Below are positions 57,072-64,000 of a stretch of 64,000 bases of DNA, in pieces. Under the pieces are notes generated by a model, which ran no database searches, was not told where the DNA came from, and saw nothing but the letters and a program-made list of their open reading frames with translations. The first letter of the stretch is position 1. Each line of letters starts with the position of its first letter. A program made the position numbers and the translations under genes. The stretch is from an uncultured Prevotellaceae bacterium (lineage in GTDB: Bacteria; Bacteroidota; Bacteroidia; Bacteroidales; Bacteroidaceae), in contig CACYXD010000006.1 in assembly GCA_902778255.1 (NCBI GenBank), forward strand, positions 144,803-208,802, in the 5' to 3' direction.

Positions 57072-58754
57072 ATGAATACAAGGAAATTATTCTCATTAAT
57101 TGTTTCATTTTTTTGCATAATGAAACTAAGTGCTGCCACGTTCACCTATAATGGAATTAACTACGAATTAAATGATCAGACGTTCACGGCTAGTGTTGTA
57201 CGAGGTTACTATTCGGGAGATATTGTTATACCTTCTAATATTACAAAGACATATATTTATACGGTGACTAGCATAGGCAGAAATGCATTTGAGGGCTGTA
57301 CGTATTTAAAATCTGTATCAATAGCGAATACTGTGACTTCAATAGGTGATTATGCTTTTCAGAATTGCACAATGCTAAGCTCAATAATAGTACCTAATAA
57401 CGTCACGAAGATTGGCTACAATTCTTTTAGGGGCTGTACAGGTTTAACGACCGTATCTTTAGGAACTAGTGTAACTACTATCGATGAATTTGCTTTTTTT
57501 GATTGTAGAGCTTTGACATCCATCACGTTTCCAAATAGCGTGACAAGTATTGGAAGATGGGCGTTTTATGGTTGTGATGCTTTAACTAATGTTGTGATTC
57601 CAAGCAGTGTCGTTAGTGTTGGAGGTGGAGCTTTTTCTCGCTGTCTCTCAATAAGTGTGGATTCTAAGAACAAGAATCTTGACTCTAGAAATCATTGCAA
57701 TGCTATTATAGAAACGGGATCAAATAAGCTTTTGGTTGGTTGTGCAAATACTATCATCCCCGATGATATTTCGTCTATTGGTAATTATGCATTTGACGGA
57801 TGTATTGGAATGGTCAATATTAATATACCGACCAGTGTTACAACTATCGGAATAAGCGCATTTGAAGGATGTGCAGGTTTAAAAACTATCATAATTCCAG
57901 GGAATGTAAACAAAGTAGACCAATGGGCTTTTCGAGATTGTACATCCCTTGAATCTGTTGTTATAAAAAAAGGCGTAACAAGTATTTACCAATATGCTTT
58001 TAATGGATGTTCAAGTCTATTATCAGTAACAATTGAAATCGACACACCTCCTTCCATTTCAACAGGAACTTTTTCTAATAGTTCAAACGCTACGCTATAT
58101 GTCCCTGTTGGCAGCAAATCGGCATACGAAGCTGCAACCTGCTGGCAAGATTTCAAGGAGATTGTGGAGATGGCAGATGAAATTACTATTGGCGCAGCAG
58201 GAATGGGAACCTACTGCAGCACACACGCACTGGACTTTTCTGGTACTGACGACGTCAAGGCTTATATTGTTTCTTCCTTCAAACCAAGTACTGGTGAAGT
58301 GACTCTGACACGCATTACTGACGTTCCAGCCAATACAGGAATTGTAGTGAAAGGCAATGCTGATACCTATACACTTCCTTGGGGACCTGGCGAAACCATT
58401 GTGTCGAATATGTTGGTTGGCGTAACGGAGAACACAGTACTGAATAAGGTAAATGGTGACTACACTAACTATATTCTTGCTAAAAAGAGTGGAAATCTCG
58501 GTTTCTATGCTGTTAGTGATGGTTCTACGCTGAGTGCAGGAAAGGCTTATCTGCCTCTGCCAACGGTAAGTCTGCCAAGTAGCGCAGGTGCTCGTGGAAT
58601 GGCACTAATCTTTGATGATGAGACAACGGAGATAGTTGATGTGCATAGTAAGATGCAGAATGCAAGTGGCATCTACAACCTGCAAGGTCAGCGCATCGAA
58701 AATCCCCAAAAGGGACTACACATCGTAAACGGGAAAAAGATTATGATTAAATAA
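57072..58754 (+). CDS. BspA-type leucine-rich repeat surface protein with Prevotella-type T9SS CTD
   Basis: Many VTxIGxxAFxxCxxLxxVxIPxS repeats; C-terminus GIYNLQGQRIENPQKGLHIVNGKKIMIK; signal peptide from MNTRK. Confidence 0.92.
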   Translation: MNTRKLFSLIVSFFCIMKLSAATFTYNGINYELNDQTFTASVVRGYYSGDIVIPSNITKTYIYTVTSIGRNAFEGCTYLKSVSIANTVTSIGDYAFQNCTMLSSIIVPNNVTKIGYNSFRGCTGLTTVSLGTSVTTIDEFAFFDCRALTSITFPNSVTSIGRWAFYGCDALTNVVIPSSVVSVGGGAFSRCLSISVDSKNKNLDSRNHCNAIIETGSNKLLVGCANTIIPDDISSIGNYAFDGCIGMVNINIPTSVTTIGISAFEGCAGLKTIIIPGNVNKVDQWAFRDCTSLESVVIKKGVTSIYQYAFNGCSSLLSVTIEIDTPPSISTGTFSNSSNATLYVPVGSKSAYEAATCWQDFKEIVEMADEITIGAAGMGTYCSTHALDFSGTDDVKAYIVSSFKPSTGEVTLTRITDVPANTGIVVKGNADTYTLPWGPGETIVSNMLVGVTENTVLNKVNGDYTNYILAKKSGNLGFYAVSDGSTLSAGKAYLPLPTVSLPSSAGARGMALIFDDETTEIVDVHSKMQNASGIYNLQGQRIENPQKGLHIVNGKKIMIK

Positions 58755-58765
58755 TAAGACGAACT

Positions 58766-58930
58766 ATGAAAAAGAAAAAATATACAATGCCACAAACGGT
58801 GGTGGTAAAGGTTGACACTCAATCCCCCATAGTAACGTCACAGTTTGACGTAACCGTCAACGATCCTGAGGAAGATGTTGATGCAGGAGAAGCCCTGTCA
58901 AGACGAAATGACTTCTTTTGGGATGAATAA
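58766..58930 (+). CDS. 54-aa small peptide, not in the ORF track
   Basis: MKKKKYTMPQTVVVKVDTQSPIVTSQFDVTVNDPEEDVDAGEALSRRNDFFWDE; starts 11 bp after the LRR gene stop. Confidence 0.75.
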   Translation: MKKKKYTMPQTVVVKVDTQSPIVTSQFDVTVNDPEEDVDAGEALSRRNDFFWDE

Positions 58931-59004
58931 AATCAGGTATTAGTGGGGACTCATAGGTAATTATGTGACATTTGATTCATGTCCATATATAAAGTAAATC
59001 TTAC

Positions 59005-59044
59005 AAGCCGCATCAGAGATGAGCAATTCTATCTGATGCGGCTT
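59005..59044 (+). terminator. Hairpin terminator candidate after the LRR gene and peptide
   Basis: AAGCCGCATCAGA / TCTGATGCGGCTT, 13-bp inverted repeat; weak U tract. Confidence 0.65.
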
Positions 59045-59152
59045 CTATAGGTGAATGGGACTGATGAGGCTGAAAAAATCCAAATAAAGTTTGGCTTTTT
59101 ACTCGTTTAATCGTATCTTTGTAGGCGATATGGCAAATAAACAGGTGAGATT

Positions 59153-59788
59153 ATGAAAAGGGTGACATTGTTATTTGTAATAGTTTTTGCTTCTGTGATG
59201 GCAAATGCACAGACGTACACGAACCTATATCCAAAGGAGATGAATCGTTTGGCACAGAAGTGGGTAAAGAAAGGCTGTTGGCGCAATGGCTTCACAAAGG
59301 CTGATCCAGCACCAACGGTGAACAAGATGGAGTTTTATATTCAGTATAACCGTAACCAGGAACAATGGCAGGCTGTCTTCAAATGGCTACAAGAGACTGA
59401 CCTGCTGGCGATACCCGCTGGACGTACACCGATTCCAGGTACGTCACTAACTGTGAATGTGGAGGATGGAGAAAACTGGTGCTCACAAGATGACTTGCGG
59501 AATGGTAAGGGCAGCGAGAGTCATCGCCAAAAAATTGACTTCATGTACGTGGTTGATGGCACTGAGGGGTTCTGTCTATTGGATCACGAGACCTCACGTC
59601 CACTTGCGGATTATAAGCCTGACCGTCTGGAATACGCATTCGAGTACAATCGCCTGCAACAGTTTACGTCTGTTCCTGGCACATTCAACATTATGTTCCC
59701 TTGTGACTGGCATGTGGCAAAGGTAAAGACCACAGCCCCAAGCCAAAGACTTCGTGTGTTGGTAATTAAGATAGATTATATGCTATAA
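59153..59788 (+). CDS. YhcH/YjgK/YiaL (DUF386) family protein with signal peptide
   Basis: ESHRQKIDFMYVVDGTE, FNIMFPCDWH and VLVIKI motifs. Confidence 0.85.
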   Translation: MKRVTLLFVIVFASVMANAQTYTNLYPKEMNRLAQKWVKKGCWRNGFTKADPAPTVNKMEFYIQYNRNQEQWQAVFKWLQETDLLAIPAGRTPIPGTSLTVNVEDGENWCSQDDLRNGKGSESHRQKIDFMYVVDGTEGFCLLDHETSRPLADYKPDRLEYAFEYNRLQQFTSVPGTFNIMFPCDWHVAKVKTTAPSQRLRVLVIKIDYML

Positions 59789-60099
59789 TTGTTTGCACCA
59801 TAGAATGATATGATTGTTGAAATAAAGGAGGCTGGTTTGCAAGTTGTGACTCCAGTCGCTCGATCTGTTGACTCCAGTCGCAATTTGCCATTGAGCGTTG
59901 ATAAAGTAAGGAAGGGGTATATTTTACTACAACAATTATGGCTATGTCTTGTTCAAATCGCCACCCGCCATACTTCTACCTCGGGGTAAATCTGATGAAT
60001 CTTCAGCACCTCATCCGACCATCTATGACCATAGTTATTTTGGAAATTGCAAAATGTCTTTGCATTTTTCAAGATTATTAGTACCTTTGTAGGCGAAAT

Positions 60100-61290
60100 A
60101 TGACGATTCAGTTCTTTTATAACGAAGGAGAGGCCACGCTGAGACTTAGCGGACGACTGGATACTGCAACTTCAGCAAAGACCAACAGTGACATAGAACA
60201 GCTGTTGGACTCTGCTGGTGCCATCCGACAGCTCACCGTAGATGCCGGACCGCTGGAGTATATCTCGAGTTCCGGCCTCCGCATCCTGTTGATGCTGGCA
60301 AAGCGCTATAAAGATTTCAGGATTACGGACGTGAATCCCCAGGTCTACGATGTGCTCAATATGACTGGCTTCACAAAAATGATGACTGTAGAACGGGCTC
60401 TGCGCCAACTGAGCATCGAAGGGTGTGAGTTGATAGGCGTAGGTGGCGTGGGAACCGTCTACCGACTTGATGATGACACGATTATCAAGGTGTTTCGTGA
60501 AGGAACGACGATGGGCGAGGTGAGCAAGGAGATAACGATGTCGAAGGAGGCTTTCGTGATGGGTATGCCCACTGCCATCTCGTTTGATGTGGTCAAGGTA
60601 GGCAGTCAATACGGATTGGTGTACGAGCTATTGCAAGCCCAAACCCTGAGTGCCTGTCTGAAGCAATCACCCGAACGGGTGGATGAACTTGCTCGTAAAT
60701 ATGCCGACCTGTTCCGCCAGATGCATCATATCCAGGTGCCAGCCAGCAGTTGTGTGCCAAATGCCTTGGAACATGAGCGCAGTCAGGTGCTGCATATTCG
60801 TCGCTATTTCCCCCAGGAGAAGATAGACTTCTTGCTGCAAATCCTTGATGCCATTCCCAGCGGCAACAGTCTGCTGCACCTGGATCTTCAAGCCAAGAAC
60901 GCAATGATACAGAATGGCGAACTGATGCTTATCGATATGGGAGAGGTGGGCTATGGACATCCCATCCTCGATTTGGCACATGCTTATTCTGCCATGGTGA
61001 CTTTGGTGGGCGACTACGAAAAGATTATTGGAATACCACGCGAACTGGGCACAGAACTATGGAACCACGCCATCGATTATTATTTCGAGGGACTGCCTAC
61101 CGACGTGGTTGCTCTGCGCAAGGAACAGATAAAAGCGGTATCTTGTGTCAGGAACTTCAGTTGGCTGGCCCTTAGCGACTCGTTTCCTGAGGATGTCATC
61201 AACGAATGTAAGACACTCTTCGACGAACGTGTCGGCAAGCATCGCGACCAGCTCCTTGCAGTCTGCCAAACCCTGAAGGACTGGCAATAA
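60100..61290 (+). CDS. STAS (anti-sigma antagonist) domain fused to an APH-like phosphotransferase
   Basis: LSGRLDT and YISSSGLRILL (STAS); GVGGVGTVY, IIKVF, HLDLQAKN and LIDMG (kinase). Confidence 0.88.
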   Translation: MTIQFFYNEGEATLRLSGRLDTATSAKTNSDIEQLLDSAGAIRQLTVDAGPLEYISSSGLRILLMLAKRYKDFRITDVNPQVYDVLNMTGFTKMMTVERALRQLSIEGCELIGVGGVGTVYRLDDDTIIKVFREGTTMGEVSKEITMSKEAFVMGMPTAISFDVVKVGSQYGLVYELLQAQTLSACLKQSPERVDELARKYADLFRQMHHIQVPASSCVPNALEHERSQVLHIRRYFPQEKIDFLLQILDAIPSGNSLLHLDLQAKNAMIQNGELMLIDMGEVGYGHPILDLAHAYSAMVTLVGDYEKIIGIPRELGTELWNHAIDYYFEGLPTDVVALRKEQIKAVSCVRNFSWLALSDSFPEDVINECKTLFDERVGKHRDQLLAVCQTLKDWQ

Positions 61291-61308
61291 CACTATCACA
61301 AAAAAATA

Positions 61309-61338
61309 TTTCGACCACAAAATATCTTGTGGTCGAAA
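61309..61338. terminator. Hairpin between convergent genes
   Basis: TTTCGACCACAA / TTGTGGTCGAAA, 12-bp inverted repeat with 6-nt loop. Confidence 0.7.
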
Positions 61339-61365
61339 CTATAAAACTACGTAGCCGTATTTCAA

Positions 61366-62220
61366 TTACTTTGTCTCTGGAGCTTCACCAATCAACTCCA
61401 TGAACTCATCGAGTTTCGGAGTGATGATGATCTGGGTGCGGCGGTTACGCTGCTTGCCCACCTCAGTGTCGTTGCTCTGGAGAGGATTGTACTCACCACG
61501 GCCACCGGCTGTGAGACGCTTGGGATCAACGCCATACTTATTCTGCAAAGCCTGAACAACACTTGATGCACGCAAGCAAGAGAGGTCCCAGTTGTTGCGG
61601 ATGTTGGGCTTAGAAATGGGCACATTATCAGTGTTGCCCTCAATCAGCACGTCGTAGTCCTTATAGTCGGTGATAATCTTCGCAATCTTCGACAGCGTCT
61701 CGGCGGCACGGTCGTTAATCTCGTAAGAGCCACTCTTATAAAGCATATTGTCGGCCAGTGAGATATAGACAACGCCCTTCAGTACTTGTACGTCAACCTC
61801 TTTCATCTCCTCTTTTGAGAGTGAGCGGGTCAGGTTGTTGGTCAGCACCATGTTCAGTGAGTCGCTCTTCGACTTCACCTCCACCAGGTGACGGATGTAC
61901 TGGTTTGACTCGTTGATCTGGTCAACCAGTTTCTCAATAGAGATATTGTTCTGAGAAGCATTGCTCAGACTCTTGTCGAGCGACTCCTGCAGCTTTGAAT
62001 ACTTCTGCTCAGATGCTTTCAGCGCCTGCTGCATCCCGCGTAGCTGCTCCTCCAGTGAGGTGATACGTGCGTTCTTTCCAGCCAGGTCTTCCTTGGTGGT
62101 TAGAAGAGTTGAGGTCAGCGACTTATTCTCATCGCGACAGCCCTGAAGTTCCTTTTTGCTGGCACAGCTGCTCAGCAGTATGGCAGCCGTAGCTGCAAAC
62201 AAAATTACATTCTTTTTCAT
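61366..62220 (-). CDS. OmpA/MotB family lipoprotein with coiled coil
   Basis: Lipobox LLSSC; IEGNTDNVP, NWDLSCLRASSV and NRRTQI motifs. Confidence 0.92.
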   Translation of the reverse strand: MKKNVILFAATAAILLSSCASKKELQGCRDENKSLTSTLLTTKEDLAGKNARITSLEEQLRGMQQALKASEQKYSKLQESLDKSLSNASQNNISIEKLVDQINESNQYIRHLVEVKSKSDSLNMVLTNNLTRSLSKEEMKEVDVQVLKGVVYISLADNMLYKSGSYEINDRAAETLSKIAKIITDYKDYDVLIEGNTDNVPISKPNIRNNWDLSCLRASSVVQALQNKYGVDPKRLTAGGRGEYNPLQSNDTEVGKQRNRRTQIIITPKLDEFMELIGEAPETK

Positions 62221-62355
62221 AATCATTCTTTTTGAGTTAGTGAAAAATCGGGTGCAAATATACTGAGTTGACGTGTAAAACAATCAAAAGTAAGGCGGAA
62301 TTATGGTATTTTAATTTTTTTTTTGTACCTTTGCCACCCAAATATAATACGTATT

Positions 62356-63662
62356 ATGGGAAATTTAGTTGCAATCGTAGGACGGCCTAACGTGGGCAAG
62401 TCCACACTTTTTAATCGATTGACCAATAGTCGTTCGTGAGCGATGAGGCTGGCACGACGCGCGACCGTCAGTATGGAAAGTGCGAATGGACAGGGCATGA
62501 GTTCTCCGTGGTCGATACAGGCGGATGGGTGGTCAATAGTGACGACATCTTTGAGGAGGAAATCCGTAAACAGGTGATTATAGCTACGGAAGAGGCCGAT
62601 CTGGTGCTCTTCCTCTGTGATATCAAGAATGGCGTAACCGACTGGGATATGGACGTGGCGCAGATTCTGCGCAAGGCGAAGTTGCCCGTGCTATTGGTAG
62701 CCAACAAGGCCGACGACAACAAGGATACCTACGGACAGTATGAGTTCTATAAACTGGGTCTGGGCGATCCCTATTGTATCAGTGCTGCTACTGGTAGTGG
62801 TACGGGCGATCTGCTGGATAAGATACTGGAGCTGTTACCCAAGAAGGAGAAGGATGATTTGGAGGAAGGTATCCCCCGCTTTGCCGTGGTGGGACGCCCT
62901 AACGCCGGTAAGTCGAGCCTTATCAATGCATTCATCGGCGAGGACCGTAATATCGTGACCGATATCGCCGGTACCACACGCGATAGTATTTATACCCGCT
63001 ATGATAAGTTCGGTTTTGACTTCTATCTGGTTGATACTGCCGGTATCCGCCGTAAGAACAAGGTCTCTGAGGACTTGGAGTTCTATAGCGTGATGCGCTC
63101 TATCCGTGCCATTGAGAACAGTGATGTGTGCATTCTGATGATTGATGCTACCCGTGGTATCGAGGCCCAGGATATGAATATCTTCCAGCTGATTCAGAAG
63201 AATAATAAGTCGCTTGTGGTTGTAGTCAACAAGTGGGACCTCGTAGAAGATAAGTCGCAGATTGTCATCAAGACCTTCGAGGAAGCTATCCGCAAGCGTA
63301 TGGCTCCCTTTGTGGACTTCCCCATCATCTTCGCTTCTGCGCTCACCAAGCAGCGTATCTTCAGGGTGCTTGAGACGGCTAAGGAGGTATATCTGAACCG
63401 TAAGGCCCGCATCGGAACTACGAAACTCAACGAGGTGATGCTGCCTATCATCGAGGCCACGCCGCCCCCCTCCATCAAGGGTAAGTATATCAAGATTAAG
63501 TACGTCAGTCAGGTGCCAGACACGCAGATCCCCACCTTCGTGTTCTATGCCAACCTGCCTCAGTATATTAAGGAGCCCTATCGCCGTTTCTTGGAGAACC
63601 AGATCCGCCAGCACTGGACGCTGACAGGTTCACCCATCAACGTGTTTATCCGCCAGAAGTGA
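62356..63662 (+). pseudogene. der: Ribosome biogenesis GTPase Der/EngA with an apparent frameshift near codon 27 (real lesion or assembly error)
   Basis: 62356 [26 protein letters not shown] stops at TGA 62437-62439; the rest ([11 protein letters not shown]...) is in another frame from 62436. Confidence 0.85.
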
Positions 63663-64000
63663 TGAGAAGGATAGGGTTGATGGGGCTAATAGGCCTGATG
63701 GGTCTGATTTGCCTGATGGGCTGTAAGGAGGCTTCGCGCGAGGAAAAGGCAATGGAGGCTGCCCAGGAATATTATGCTGCTCTAATCCAAGGCGACTATC
63801 AGTCTTTCCTTGACGGACGTGCTCACATGGACAGCATTCCCGACAGTTTTCGTGAGCAGCTGTTAGTGTCGTACAAGCAGTTTGTACGTCAGCAGGAGGA
63901 GACTCATCAAGGCATAGTGAGTTTTGTGCCAACGCGTGTGGAAGACGATTCCCTTCTTCAGGTGATGAAGGTCTTCATGATGGTCAACTATGCTGACAGT
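63662..64000 (+). CDS. Hypothetical lipoprotein, truncated by the window edge
   Basis: ATG overlaps the der stop; MRRIGLMGLIGLMGLICLMGC lipobox; frame open to the window end. Confidence 0.75.
   Translation, partial: MRRIGLMGLIGLMGLICLMGCKEASREEKAMEAAQEYYAALIQGDYQSFLDGRAHMDSIPDSFREQLLVSYKQFVRQQEETHQGIVSFVPTRVEDDSLLQVMKVFMMVNYADS

Noticed and set aside
56627-57151. ORFs 56627-56914 (-) and 56825-57151 (+)
   Set aside because: They overlap repeats and the structured region and have no protein-like features; a non-coding explanation fits better.
59920-60075. Short minus-strand frame ...NYGHRWSDEVLKIHQIYPEVEVWRVAI*
   Set aside because: Protein-like, but it has only a weak TTG start overlapping the STAS promoter and no recognisable family. 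It may be a gene remnant but cannot be supported.

Overview
Bacteroidetes chromosomal window, most likely Prevotellaceae (Prevotella-like). Support: TAnnTTTG -7 promoters, a porU-porV-ispF type IX secretion locus, Prevotella-style T9SS C-terminal domains and GH43 glycosidases. It is mostly core housekeeping DNA: dxr-rimM-murA-tsaB, gdhA, argH, pyrE-comF-recX-prmC, ribD, rnhA, argS, rplM-rpsI-rpsB-tsf, porU-porV-ispF, malQ, der and one tRNA-Leu(TAA). AT-richer accessory genes, mostly secreted or surface proteins, are inserted into it: a C10 peptidase-LRR fusion, a three-gene fasciclin/T9SS cluster and a BspA-LRR gene. I found no intact IS, integrase, prophage or CRISPR array. The most interesting unexplained signals are non-coding or small. 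(1) A promoter-driven, roughly 250-nt multi-stem structured RNA candidate at 56779-57030 heads a small island of a BspA-LRR gene plus an unannotated 54-aa peptide gene. (2) An orphan U-rich sRNA candidate with its own promoter and terminator lies at 47583-47817. (3) There is a rich set of periodic repeats: 7/8/9-bp microsatellites over promoter -33 positions and in frame inside prmC, ribD and yfhO; 11-, 21- and 22-bp periodic arrays; and a REP-like hairpin inside prmC. (4) The normally essential der gene carries a frameshift. All calls come from reading the sequence and motifs by eye; no database searches or folding computations were run.
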